Of a stretch of DNA of 64,000 bases, positions 12,159-26,053 are shown piece after piece. Position 1 is the first letter of the stretch, and the number at the start of each line of letters is the position of its first letter. A model generated the notes under the pieces. It worked only from the letters and a program-made list of their open reading frames with translations, searched no databases and was not told the DNA's origin. Source of the stretch: Psilocybe cubensis (lineage: Eukaryota); the NCBI GenBank assembly GCA_017499595.2, contig CM039004.1:1860001-1924000 (forward strand), written 5' to 3'. A program made the translations under genes and the position numbers.

Positions 12159-15100
12159 ATGGCAAGACGGAAACGTGTTTTGGATGATGGCGATGATTCT
12201 GACTCTCTAGACGGATCTGACAATCCTGACTTTGACTTTGAAAACGACCCTGATGCTCGTGAAGAACGCGCACTCTTCGAGAATCCATATGGCCACAAAC
12301 GAAGACGCAGAAATGGGAAGGAGGATGCTCTCTATGGCGTATTTGCTGATAATAGCGAAGATGAAGACATTGGCCGAGGAGGAAAGGCTTCCGCATCCAA
12401 AAGAAGCGACTGGGCAAAGGCGCCTGCTTTTGTTAGTAGCGACAAGCCAGTTACCCAGGAATCTCTAAACGACGCAATGGCTGTCGATGAGTCGGAGGGA
12501 GAAGGTGAACGTAGCGCAACCTTTGAAGAAGGATCAGATGGTTCTGATGAAGATGGTGGTGAGGCTACTGGATCTGAAGACGAGGGCAAAGATGAAGGAT
12601 CTTCTGACGAATCTGAACCCTCCAGGGCGCCTTCTCCCAGAGTTTTGATTGAAGATGATAATGACGAAGAAATTCCCAGACCTAGGATGGGGGGCATTGG
12701 GTCTTCGAGTGGGATAGGATTGTCAGGGCGCCAACAACCACAAGGGTTTTCCTCATCAAGAGGTGGGATAGGATCCCAAGCGGCCAAAGTTGAAGAAGAG
12801 CAAGATATTGACAGCCCGGTCCCAGGCGCATTTGATACCACAATGCCCTCAGCCTTTGGTAAAAAATCCCAGAGTTTTACGCGTGCTTTTAACGCCTCAC
12901 CCAGCCCCGTCGCATTGCCAGCTGCAGAAATGGCACATTTCAATAAAATTCAGGGCTCTTTCGGTGCTCGTATGCTTGCTAAGATGGGTTGGCAAGCGGG
13001 TTCAGGCCTTGGTGCCAGTGGAGAGGGAATTGTAATTCCTATTGAGAGTAAATTGCGACCGCAGAAGATGGGCATTGCTTTCAAAGGGTTCAAGGAAAAG
13101 ACGGAACAATCGAAGCTAGAAGCCAAGAGGCGAGGAGAGGTTGTCAGTGACGATGAAGATGCGAAAACTAAGAAATTCAAGAAAAAGGCCAGGGAGCAGC
13201 AAGAGAAACGCTCCGACGCGTGGAAACGCCCAAAGAAAGTCAAAACGAAGATTGAGCACAAGACATATGAACAAATTCTTGCAGAAGCCGGCGAAATTGC
13301 CCCCAGTTCTGGAATCGGTCAAATAATCGATGCTACAGGCGCTGTGGTGTGTTTCATTTTTCGATATGACTGTGACTTTTCATTTAATACATCATCAAGC
13401 CCAGGGAGGTGTCTTCGTTGGCAGATGTTTCCATAAATTCATGGGCACCATCCAATGACCCGACACGAATACCAGAAGTGCGGCACAATATTCGCGTAAT
13501 TGCCGAAGCCTGTAAAGAAGATTTGGACGGGCTAGCTAGAGAAGCAAAAGCTCTCCATGAACGTAAGAAATTTGTCGCGGTTGAAGATGCACGGTTGCGT
13601 AAGAGAGTCGAGGACGAAGCGGACTGTAAGTGTCAGTCTCTTAATTTTACAGCACATCTGAAAATTTTGCAGTGATTTCTAGACTCCAACAGATTCAAAT
13701 CGTCGCCAATGATATCCAAACCATTGCCAAGGAGTTGTCCTCCTTATATGAAGTTTCTTTGGACCCTCTTTCGCCTCCGATTCAAAAATTAATCAATGAA
13801 TATTCTTCTGAATACGATAAATACGCTCTCGATGACATCGTTGTTGGCGCGATTGCACCAGTAATGCGTAGAATTGTCACCAGTTGGAACCCGTTGGAAG
13901 ATCCATCATCTTTCCTTCCCACCTTCAGATCCTGGCGCCGTGCGCTCAAAATTAACGAGGAACCTGCTCCTGAGACCAAACTGGATCTTTATGGTTCGAA
14001 AACAATATCCACGAGGCCAACCGAATTGTGAGTCATTCTAAACCTCTTCACTCAGTGAATGTTCTATGTGCACTTACGCATATCTAGAGAACAACAGATG
14101 ACTCCCTTTGAGAGCTTACTGTGGAACGTATGGCTACCAAAAGTTCGAACTTCGATAAACAATGACTGGTCACCAGAGGAGCCCAATAAAGCCGTCAAAC
14201 TGTATGAAGCATGGTCAACATTCCTTCCCTCCTTCATCCGCGATAACCTCTTGGATCAACTCATCCTTCCCAAGGTGCAGAAGAGTGTAGCCAATTGGAA
14301 TGCAAAATTAGCGACGGTGTCCTTGCAGACTATTGTATTCCCTTGGTTACCCCATGTTGGCTTGCGGATGGAAGAAGTCGTGGGCGACGCCAGGCGTAAG
14401 ATCAGGAATGTTCTCAGACAATGGATCGTCAGTGAGCCGATCCCGACAGACTTGGTTGCCTGGAAAGACGTAAGTACCAACTTTCTGTTTTGTTCCATGT
14501 TCCATGGTTCTGACATTCATAACCTCATACTAGGTGTTTGATGCTGGCGAATGGGATGCTATGATACTCAAATATGTTGTACCCAAACTTGGGGCAACCC
14601 TACGCAACGATTTCCGGATCAACCCACGGGACCAGAAAATGGATAGCTTACTGCGCGTTTTCGCGTGGTCCAGCATTATACGCACATCTGTTATGTCTCA
14701 AATTCTGGAAACCGAATTCTTCCCTAAGTGGCTGGATGTTCTCCACATCTGGCTAACTCAACCTCGCGTTAATTTTAATGAAGTCGCGATGTGGTATGAA
14801 TTCTGGAAGGACACATTCCCTGAGGTCCTTCGCAGTTTACAGGGAATCAATCGAGGGTTTACTCGTGGCCTGCAATTGATGAACAAGGCTATCGAGCTCG
14901 GTCCTGATGCACCAACAAAACTGGCTAAACCCGATTTCTTGGGAGAAATTTCAATACCTAGTACCCCCAGGCGAAGCGAAAAGGACAAGGGCAGAACGAC
15001 AAAACCCTCCGCTCGTACACACGAAATCACGTTCCGTTCCATCGTCGAAGACTTCGCGGCAGCAAACAATCTGTTATTTATCCCAACTGGCAAGGCGCAT

Positions 15101-15274
15101 GAGCGGTCACGAATGCCACTCTTCAGGGTTAGTCGAACAGCAGATGGACGAAAGGGGCTTCTAGTATATATTCTGGACGATGCTGTTTGGGCGCCAAAGA
15201 CGGATGGCGCAAACGTTGAAGGAGAGGAATTTAAAGCTATTAGTTTAGAGGATATGATATTGCGATCGGTTTGA
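12159..15274 (+). CDS. SPP382: Spliceosome disassembly factor TFIP11/Spp382(Ntr1), G-patch + GCFC domain
   Basis: N-terminal KEDALYGVF (TIP_N-like). G-patch SFGARMLAKMGWQAGSGLGASGEGIVIPIESKLRP. GCFC-like LDQLILPK, WLPHVG, FFPKWLDVLHIWL. Four introns. Confidence 0.9.
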
Positions 15275-15803
15275 GGATGCGTTTAAAATGTCATCGAATT
15301 GGTGATCACCCTCTTGAATATTCAGATAATACAACATGTAGTTTGATGTATAGCATGGCTTGATTTCAGTATTTCGATATTTTACTACATTAGAGCGATT
15401 GAGAAATTTAGGACCCTCTTCGCAAGGGTCTCGGGCTAGCAGACTTGATTAACTAGTGATCATAATTATTGAAGATCTTGATCAAAAATTAGCGAGTGAC
15501 GTTCTTTAGCGCCCGTTTTTGTAGGGAGTAGAATAGGCCCGAAGAAGAAACAACGTCAAAGAGGGTAAAGATCACAACATGGAAGGACGGTATCTTTATC
15601 ATGATATGTAGCAATATAGCGTACTCATGTTGGAGACACGATGCGGTTTAAAGGCAGCGTGTTTGTGAAGACCCGATCGGGCTATAGATAAACTCGGACA
15701 ACTCCGACCAAAAAAAAATTTGTGGCTTGTTGAGCACTCATTAGGCCCTTTCCTTACTTCCTCCCTCCATCCTCTTTTCCTTCCCATATTACCGACCTTA
15801 AAG

Positions 15804-18800
15804 ATGGATGTATGCCTTCAGATTACTCTCAGCACTATATCGACCAAGCTGATCGTATGACCGATCTTTTTTCTAGGCCTTCGTCCAAAATCTTCATAAC
15901 CTCCTCCTCCAAACCACCTCTAACGATACATCTCTCTTGAAAGCTGTACGATCTTCGCTACTCCATCTCATACTTCTGGATCCTCATCACATCTACCTCC
16001 CAGGCTACTGCTCAGCTCAATCAAGATTTCTACAAGAGCCCTCAATGCATCCAGGCTCTTGGTCAAATCCTCGCCAGTTCCCCCGAAGTTTCGGTAAATC
16101 TCCTAATGTCCGAGATCTGTTGACTCTTCCTCATATCAGCATCTACAGGTTCGCCAACTCGCTGCTGTCGAGCTTAGAAAACGTGTATCTCAAAATAACA
16201 ACCATCTCTGGTTACAACTTTCCCCAGCCGAACGTGACAGCATCAAGGCTAGCCTCCCTCAGCTCATCTTATCAGAGCAAAAGTGTGTTTCTATCATACC
16301 CTATCATAGTGTTCTCTAATTTTATGGTGTCAGTAATCTTGTTCGTCACTCTGCTGCTCGTGTTGTTGCTGCCATTGCTACCGTCGAAGTCGCCCAAGGC
16401 ACATGGAACGAACTTCTTCCATGGTTGCACAGCACTTGCGTTTCGCAAAATGTTGCGCACCGTGAAGTTGGATCTTTTATTCTATTCACCGTTCTTGAAA
16501 GCATTGTAGAGGGATTCCAATCACATCTACCTGAGCTTTTCGAACTTTTTGCCTCGCTTTTGGCTGATCCAGAGAGTATCGAAGTTCGCATCACGACCGT
16601 TAGGTATGCCAATTTAATTTTTTTCTTTTATTCCCTATCTGATGTCTGCGGAAGGTCTCTCGGTGTTATTGCGCAATATATTGACGCTGAAGATAAGACA
16701 GAACTTGTATATCTTATTTGTTCGCTCTTTCGATCTGTATCTGATATATACTTTTTCAGAAAGCCTTCCAGAGTCTTCTTCCATCTATGATTCAAGTTAT
16801 TGGTCAATCAGTCGAAACTAGTAATGAAAGTGGCGCGAGACAATTGTTCGACGTTTTGGAGACCCTTCTTATTCTTGTACGCCAAAAGTAGCGGACTTTC
16901 ATACCTATTTACTGATTGTTTATAGGAAGTGCCTGTCCTCGGTAAACACATCCCAGAACTGGTTGGTTTCCTCCTCCAGTGCGGTGGCAACCGCAACTTC
17001 GATGCCGAGCTCCGTGTTCTCGCTCTCAATGCCCTTAACTGGACCGTGCAGTAGTGCGTGTAGTCTATGGCTTCACAATGTTGCTAGATACTTACATCTT
17101 GACAGCAAAAAATCTAAAATTCAAACTCATAATCTTGCAGCGTCCATCTTGGCTGGGCTCATGCCTATCACAGCTGAAGAGGAGCCTGAGGATATTGACG
17201 ATGACGCTCCATCTCGAGTAAGCATAAAAACTTAATATTATCTGATATCATCTAATCCTCCACTAGTCCGCTCTTCGTATCATTGACGGTCTGGCCACAA
17301 ATCTTCCTCCCACCCAAGTCTTCCCCGCTCTTTGGACCGAAATAGCCAAGTACTTCACTTCTCAGGATCCCAGTCACCGACGTGGTGCAATGCTTGCACT
17401 GGGTGTTTCCGTTGAAGGCTGCAGCGAGTACATCACTCCTCTCATGAAAGATGTTTGGCCCATCATTGAGGCTGGTCTTGTTGATGGAGATGCCGGCGTC
17501 AGGAAAGCAACCTGTGTCGCTGTCAGCTGCCTGTGCGAATGGTTGGAGGATGAGTGTGCGTCCAAACATGCCGCCTTGGTCCCTGTACGTATTTCAACAA
17601 CAATGGCTTCACCAGAAAGCAGTACTGATTTACATTGTTACAGAGCATAATGAACCTAATCAATGATCCCGCCACTCAGAAAACTGCTTGTACTGCTCTC
17701 GATGCTCTTCTCGAAATCTTACAAGACAATATTGAGCAATACCTTGAACTCATCATGGAGCGTCTCATCGGTCTTTTGGAGACCGCTCCGCTATCAGTCA
17801 AGGCTGTTGTTACTGGTGCCATCGGCAGTGCTGCGCATGCCTCCAAGGGACGTTTCCTCATGTACTTCGAACCCACCATGAAGTACCTGGCTCATTTCTT
17901 GACTCTCACTAATGAGGGAGAGGAAATCGAGCTCCGTGGTATCACCATGGATGCTATTGGAACATTCTCTGAGGCCGTTGGCAAGGAGGTTTTCCGACCC
18001 TACTTCCCCCAGATGATGGCCCACGCTTTTGAGGGTTGCAAGATGGGTAGTGCCCGCCTTCGCGAATGCAGCTTCCTATTTTTCGGAGTCATGGCTCGCG
18101 TTTTCGGAGAAGAATTTGCCCCTTATCTTAGCCAGGTTGTCCCTCCTCTTCTCGAGAGCTGCAAACAAGCCGAACAGGGCGAAGACAACCTCGAGAGTGA
18201 GTAACAATATTTGTCCACTGTGTTCAAACTTGAATTTTTTTTTGCATCACTAGTATCCGTCGCCGATGCCGCGTCTGCTTTCGCCTCTGGTTCCTCTCCA
18301 GCCAATGCTATCTCCGTTAGCGAAGAGCTTGATGCCAACGGCAACCCGTCTGTCGAGATTGAAGACCTTGATCTTGACAAGATGATGGACGTCAATAGCG
18401 CCATTGCTGTTGAGAAAGAAATCGCCGCAGACACCATTGGCACACTCTTTGCTGCCACTCAGCTTCACTTCCTCCCATACGTGGAATCATGTACCCTGGA
18501 GCTCATTGCTCTTCTTCCTCATTATTACGAAGGCATCAGGAAGAGCGCCACGGACTCTCTCTTAGAAATCGTTAGAACCTTCTACGACCTTAGTGAACAC
18601 GATGAATGGATTCCTGGAGCCAACGTAAGTGGTAATTCATTGCCAGTCAGTTTCATATTCTCATTTGGTGGTCAGACTGGTCATTTGAACAACCAAGTTT
18701 CTGAACTCATAAAACATGCCCTTGTGCCTCTCCTTGAGATGTATGAGACCGAAGACAACAAGTAAGTTTTTCTTTCCTGTGCAGGGGCATTTTTCTGGCC

Positions 18801-19984
18801 CTCTTTTTCTTAATGAAAATTGAATCCTATCTCACTTCGAGCCTTTGACCGTGAGACGATATTTATCAAAATCTTTACTAATCTTCACTCTTCAATGCTT
18901 GTTTTATCTGAACATGATCTAATACACGCTTTTCTTTGCAGATCTGTGGCTGCTTCTCTTTGCATCGGTTTGGCTGAGACTATCAACAAAATTGGCCCGG
19001 GCTTTGTTCAAGGCCGTGCGTTAACATGTTTATATTATTGCATTTCGTGACTCATTATTTGATATATCTAGACTACGAAACCATCTGCGGCATTGCTAAG
19101 CAGATTTTGGAACAGAAGGCATTCTGCCAACAAGATCCTGACCAAGATGATGAAGAAGAAGCACCCGAAGACCAGGCAGAGTATGACTCAGTTTTGATCT
19201 CTTCTGCTGGTGACCTTGTTTCTGCTTTGGCGAATGCTGTGGGCCCCGACTTTACCCAGGCATTTGGAACTTTCTTCCCCTTAGTATCGAAGTACTACGT
19301 AAGTTATCACCATACAATGCTTCAAAAACGCCATTACTTACAACGATGCAGAAAAAGACTCGTTCGCTCAGCGACCGCTCAGCAGCCATTGGATGCCTTG
19401 CAGAGATCATCTCAGGAATGAAAGGTGCTATCAGCCCTTACACCTCTCAACTTTTCGAGCTCTTCGCTCGTGCTCTGAGCGATCATGAGAACGAGGTCCT
19501 CAGCAATGCTGCCTTTGCCATCGGTCTCCTTGTCGAATACTCGGAAGTTGATCTTTCTCCTCAATACTACCAAATACTTGGAGCCCTTCGCCCTCTGTTC
19601 AATGTCACCCCCGATTCTCCTGCCGCCAAACTCAACGCAAAGGACAATGCCACAGGTGCAGTTGCCCGTCTTATTCTCCGAAACACCAACGCTTTGCCCC
19701 TTGATCAAGTTCTGCCCACCTTCGTCGACGCTCTGCCTTTGAAGAACGACTACCTGGAGAACCGCCCTGTATTCCGCGCTCTCTTCCACCTCTTCAAGTC
19801 ATACGGCTCCGTTGTCTACCCTTATATGGATCGTCTGTTGGCCGTCTTTGCGCACGTTTTAGCACCCGGAGAAGATCAGATTGGCGACGAAGTTCGCAAA
19901 GAACTAATCCATCTTATTGCACTGATTAACCAGGAAGAGCCATCGAAGGTCTTGGCTGCTGGCCTCAACCAGTACCTGGTGTAG
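15804..19984 (+). CDS. KAP123: Importin-beta family karyopherin Kap123 / importin-4
   Basis: 6-nt first exon ATGGAT, IBN_N-like VRQLAAVELRKRV, HEAT-repeat character, VNSAIAVEKEIAADTIG, HYYEGIRKSA, DNATGAVARLI and LPLKNDYLENRPVF. Confidence 0.9.
18810..18911 (+). ncRNA. Candidate intronic box C/D snoRNA in the 180-nt Kap123 intron (18762-18941)
   Basis: The intron is about three times longer than its neighbours. Degenerate C box TTAATGA (18810), D' TTGA (18845), C' GAGACGA (18853) and D CTGA (18908) sit just upstream of the branch point. Confidence 0.5.
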
Positions 19985-20327
19985 AGTATGCCATTTTCTT
20001 CTCTTTTCTCATGTTCATCAGTTCTTTTGCTTTCCGTTTCTCACTTCCCTTTTCATGGATTCCATCTTACGATTGCGACATGTTTTCCGTAGTTTCTTAG
20101 AATAACGACATTTGGCTTAGTATCTCGTACAATAAATAATCCTTCTGGTTATAAGTATGATCGTGGAACGCAAAGTACGATCGTGTTGTGACATGTTTTT
20201 GGGGCGCCTGTAATCTTCAAAGTTGGTGGCTGATATTCCCCGTCATTTTACCTGTGCTAAAAGTGAAATCGCTGGTCGACTCGTCCTTCGAATCAATCAA
20301 GCGGGCCCCCGCCCAACACATTTTCCT

Positions 20328-23187
20328 ATGACACTCGCTCTTTTTCCTTTCTTGTCCTTCTTGACGGCAACGGTGGTTTTTGCTACGAATCCGTCTGTCA
20401 CTGTCGTTCAGTCTCTGGACAAACAGTTGGTACAAGTCGCCCGGGTCGGCCAACCTTATTCTTGGACTTTTTCGGAGTATACATTCAACTCTTCTGATGG
20501 GCCATTAACCTTCACGACATCCCTGTTGCCTAGTTGGTTGGGTTTCGATAACTTGACGCGCACTTTTGAGGGAACTCCGTCAGCGAGCGACGAAGGTTAT
20601 CCTGACATCACTGTCACTGCTCATGCTTCAACTTCCTCAACGTCTTCTAGATTCACAATTTGTGTGACTCACTATGCACCTCCGGTCTTGAATCTACCCT
20701 TGTCGGAGCAGTTTGTACCCACTTCTCCCTCACTTTCTTCCGTCTTCTTTCTACGGTCCAACTCTGCTCTGATTACAGAAAACCCTGCTCTGCGAGTACC
20801 GCGGAAGTGGTCTTTCAGTATTGGCCTCCAAAGCAACACTTTTCAGTCAGATCGGAATATTTTTTATGAATTACGATTGGCGAATGATTCTAGCATTCCT
20901 ATGTTCCTAAACTTCAACTCCAGGACTGTTACATTGGACGGCGTAACACCATCTGCTGAGATAATAACTGAACCTGTTCTGCTGCCTTTGGCTCTTCATG
21001 CTTCTGACCAAGAAGGCTATACCGCAATCGCTGTTCCGTTCGACCTGATAATAGCGGATCATGAACTATCTAGGACAACGGATTCCCTCCCAACTATAAA
21101 TGTAACGACAGAAACTTCGTTTGTCATAAGCCTGTTGTCTGCTGTCGATTTCATGGGCATCCTGGTGGATGGTGATCCCATCCAACCATCTAATATATCC
21201 AGATTGGATATTGATGTTTCAAACCATAGCAGCTGGCTTCGATACGATGTTCCAAGTCGGACCTTGTCTGGAAAACCTCCAACCAACATTACTGGGTCGC
21301 CAACTTTGCCTGTCATTCTCGAAACGCCATTCAATCAGTCAATAAAAACTCAGGTTTCTCTTGCCTTAGTTGAATCCTACTTTGTAATGTCAGATTTGCC
21401 GTCTTTGCATGTTTCTAGAGGCGATCAAATCATCTTCGATCTCGCCCAGTGGTTTTCTCCTTCTCGGGCAAATCCTGGCTATGACCACACGAATCTCTCC
21501 GCTTCTTTTGAACCAACTGCAAGCGCAAACTGGCTTCGCTTCGATGAATTGACGAACAATCTGACTGGCACTGTTCCGGAAACCTATGAATCCACCTCGG
21601 ACCATATTACCATCACTTTTACTGCATATTCTCATGAGACTCGCTCGACGTCGCACGCGATTCTTACAGTGTATGTTACTAACACAAGCAACACTAAATC
21701 GCTGGCGCCTTCTCATCCCAATGGGCTTTCTACTGAAGCACACAGGCGACTGATCTTGGCGATCGCCATCACGTTTGGGACCCTAGGTGGCATGTGTACA
21801 CTTGCTGGAATCTTTGCAATACTGAGACGATGTGCAAGGGTAGAGGACACCGCGTTTCTCGACGAAGAAGGGAGACATGCATGGAGTGAAAAGGACAGAA
21901 GGTGGTATGGCCTAACGCTCAGTCCAAACGGAACAAGGATTGTAGAGAAATCGGACCCGATACATTCTTCACCTATGACAAGATCGCCTGGGAGGAGGAG
22001 CAACAGAGCATACAGTCCCTTGGGATTGGACCTTCGGCGGGTGTCTGAACGTAGTCAACGACATTCATCATCTAACGAAGAACTTCTAAGTCCTGCAGTT
22101 ATGAGTAAGAAAGAATTTTTGTCGAGAATCAAGGAGACTGTACGCAAGGTCAGCAATAAGTACGCGAGGAAAGATATACCACCCACCATTCGACCAGTCA
22201 TTGGAAAGCCAATTCTTGTAGCGTCGTCTAGGCTAAATGATCAGGACCACATAGATTCTCCTTCAAACCCCTTCGACGATATTGAACCCCTCAGCCGCCC
22301 AGGAAGCGCGTTCATTTCCGGATCACCCTCAGCTTCCACAGCGGAACATTCTATTCCTAGGCGACGAGCGGACTTTGCGACTCCCAGGAACCCTGCTCAA
22401 GTACATTTTAACGATGGTTTGCTTGTTAGACAGGTTTCTACTGGGTCTATGGGGTACGCTTTGCAATGTTTACTCATTTTTAGTTCTCAAAATTAATTTC
22501 CGTTAATGTTTTAGGGCGAATAGCTTCGTTAGTGGAAGAAGCGGTTTGTCGGCTAACTCATATGCAGAGGTGTCCATGGGCCCTCCTACACGGCCTCGAC
22601 TAGTTCCATTCACGAACTCCACGCGAGTCCCAGTCCCACACGTCGTGATGCCTACTGGTCAGGGCGCCGGTTTCGCTTCAAACAGGATTACAAGTCAAAG
22701 GGCCAACGTGATTGTCGAAGGTGTCAAGCCCAGCGGCTCGAGCGATGGCCTTTCAATGGGAATTCATTACGTCCGCTCTTTGGGTGCAGATCAGTTGGCA
22801 GTCAATTCGAGTCACATATCTGGATCATCCCCAGTCTTATCTAATGTGAGGTCGTCTTTCGCTTCCTTGGAGTCCTCGCACGTTGGCCATAAGTCTGCAG
22901 TTGACATGCAGGAGATGCGAGTTCTGGTCAGAGTAGGAGAGAGATTCAAATTTCGGGTCGCTATCCCTGGTAAACACACAAGTGGTTTCTATGTCAAGCT
23001 TACGTCTGGACAACCACTGCCAAAATTCATCCATGCGGATCTCAACGGAATCAGCAATAAAGGCGCGCTAGAGTTCACCGGAGTGGCAACATTTCATGAA
23101 ATCGGGGAAAGGGTTGTGGGTATTTACGCCGAGAAGGACGGTGTTTGTGTAGCCAGCGTAGTGATCGAGGTGGTGGGGAAGCGTTAA
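20328..23187 (+). CDS. AXL2: Axl2-like type I membrane polarity protein with dystroglycan/cadherin-like (He_PIG) repeats
   Basis: Signal peptide. VARVGQPYSWTFS, LPSWLGFDNLTRTFEGTP, WLRYDVPSRTLSGKP and WLRFDELTNNLTGTVP repeats. Single TM LILAIAITFGTLGGMCTLAGIFAIL followed by RR. Ser/Pro-rich tail. One intron ~22454-22514. Confidence 0.8.
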
Positions 23188-23487
23188 TGTGTGGGCGTTT
23201 TTTTAAGTCGACCAATGTATCATAATATGTCTTGTGTGTATCCTTTGAACAGCCTATCGTCATGTAGCACAACCTCTATACTTACTTTCGTTAACATGCT
23301 GTATTTCACCCGCGTCGCGCCATGAATCAGATGAGAATGTTCAGCAAAACCGGAAACACAATAGAAAAACTTTTTTACAGTAAAACAAGGCGGATTACTC
23401 TCTTCAACACGTCCGTCTATACCACAACCATAAGCCACTGAAGAGTAAACGTGTCTGGGCCGACCCCAACCATGGACTGCACAGTCT

Positions 23488-23973
23488 TTATGATTTCCAA
23501 ATAAGGATTGCGAGGGTACCGACATAGAAGTAGATGAAGTGTTTGGTTTCTGAACATTCAAGTTAGCGAAAGAAAAGAGACGGAAATTATAACACGATGG
23601 AGTATTTATAGACGCATGACCGATATAACACGATTGGCTTTGACGAAACGCGTTGCAAGGTCGCGTCGAGTGCGTCGACGGGTGGGGGAGGAGGAGACGA
23701 CGTACCATGGGTGACATAACTGCCAAAGTTCTTTCCAACAACGACATGCCAGGTTGGACCGTGTCTTCGGTCGAACTCCTTCTTGATCTGAGCGGCAATG
23801 TCCTTTTCGATGTTGTATTTCTCGAGGGCTGCGGACGCGATGTCGACGCTCTCCTGCTGCATCTCCTCGCTCATGTCGACGTTTTTTATGATTGCCTTTG
23901 GGGCAGCGCCGGTAGGGGCAGAGTCTCTGGGGGCTGAGGCGGTGTCTGTAGACGATGAGGTTGGCGCGTCCAT
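23488..23973 (-). CDS. DYN2: Dynein light chain LC8
   Basis: [15 protein letters not shown]…[58 protein letters not shown]. Intron 23550-23705. Confidence 0.95.
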
Positions 23974-26053
23974 TGTGTTGTGATAGTGAGGAAGGATAAG
24001 AGATGAAGTTGGAGTTGAAGTATTTGAGAGAGAGGATGGAGACACGTGGTTCCAGGGTCGTGTGGCAGTCGCTGGATTCGTCCGACGGCTGTCTTCGGTC
24101 CACTCCCTTCATTAAGTTCTCGCCGCCGCCATACAAACGTCCTCCATGTGCTTTACACCGTTCTCATCACACGCACTACCATCGCCTATCTTTGTAGCAG
24201 AACCGGGTGCAGCGCTCAACTCGTTCAATTCATATCCCTTGGCCCCTGTCTGTACCTTTGCCTTCCCAGACACATACTCTCCCTTTTCTGCATGTCGTCA
24301 TACAGCTTTTTCCTGCACCTCTCCTGCCCGCCCATTTCCTGTTAAATGTCGTCCATCAAGCGTCCACTTGGCATCTGCCAGGCATTCTCCATGAGAAGCA
24401 ACTTTGTTCGTGGTGGCCCACATGTGGACCCATGTGTGTACCACTTCAACCAGTATGTACAGCAGCGGTTATTCTGCCTTGGCAAATAGCAGAGGTACGA
24501 GTCTTATTTAATATCATTCATTCATTTTACAGTTTGTTACGCTCTAGGTCGGCTCAAATCTCACTTGGGATTCATTTACGCCTCTCTTTTTCTCAGCATG
24601 ATGTGCCTCCACATTGCACATCGCACAGCTGCACGGTGAAAACCGACCACCACATCTCTGAAGGTTTAGCTCAAAGATTTTCCAGTTTCAGCTATTTTAA
24701 ATGACGCTCCTTCACAATGGTACCCATCTTGATGGTGTGATCTCTGGTCAAAACCGCATGCACTGTGTTTGCTTCTAATCTTTACTTAGAGAGTTCTCTC
24801 TCAAAGTAATATCGGGCGCCACCTTGGTATAAGTAGAAGAACGCAGCATGGATACAATGGCGGAGCTTTCGTGCTATATCAGCATCGATTAGAGTATGCG
24901 AATTAGATAATCGCACTCTGTTCGCCAATATCTCCAGGCTTCAATGCACGAGTGCTTCCTAAGAATACGAACGTTGGCCGTGTGCCAGTTGTATGTTCTC
25001 TCCCATCAAATAGCATGCTCCTCGTGCACACTTCCCACTCAACGGACAAGACATGCAACTTGTGGCAGAAAGCAACATGTGCGTATGGTCGCCAGCTGCT
25101 GCATGCGCTGCGCATTTTTACAGTCATACGAACAGAGATGTTGCTGTTTGCTCATGTCAAAGGCCATGACTGGACCTACTCCCTAACCGAGGATTTCGAT
25201 ACCAACTGTACCGGCGGCCTCGGTATTTTTAATATCTACTTCAGTTTCGCGCTGTCGTGATGTTCGGATATCTATAGCGTTACTTTCCACAGATATTACC
25301 GTAGACCAATTCCCTGGTCTATCACGTAGAGAAAGATGGTCCCTGATGTACATGGTGTCGACTAACGTCTTCAATGTGAATTCAAATGTTTGAAATATCC
25401 ATGCGAACCGCAGTTAAGTTATATCCCAAGTCTGTCAGATAAAAAAACATTGTTCTAAATATTTCAGCTGAGGGGTCAAAATGCATTTCTGTAGCTGTCA
25501 TTATTAATATTTCTGCTTAAACCACACACCCTTCCCTTAATTTGGTTAATGATAATGACGTCGTGATTAAAAATATAACGCGGGTCTGTAGACCATTGAG
25601 CATCTAACTTGTGGTCATGCCCAGTCGGGTATGAGAAAGACCAACGATGAATAGTTGAAAAGTCATATTGATTTACTCAGAAATTTAATCGTTGATACAC
25701 CCTTTTTCTGCCTTTTCTTTGATGTCATGGTATATAATAATCAAAAAGAGGGCCCAGATCGTGCAACGGCTATTACGACTTCAAACCCACGGCGACGATA
25801 CAAGTAATGTAATCCTCAGTACATAAGTAAACTGGACTTACTGAAGTACTATACTACTTCCAAGTCCAACCTCAATGCCTTGATTAGGTAGAAGTTGCCT
25901 TATCGGAGCACAATAATCCCGGTGCCTGGATGCAGACTGACAAATATCTCGATTTTGAATTTCAAAGACTGATGAGAAGTCTTTGAGATTTTCGATTACT
26001 CTATGCTATATAAGCCAGAAACCTTATAATTTAAAAAATAGTTAACGTCCAGA

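Noticed and set aside
23550-23705. 156-nt dynein LC8 intron as a possible snoRNA host
   Set aside because: No C/D boxes and no convincing H/ACA architecture; only a short ATCGTGTTATA duplication.
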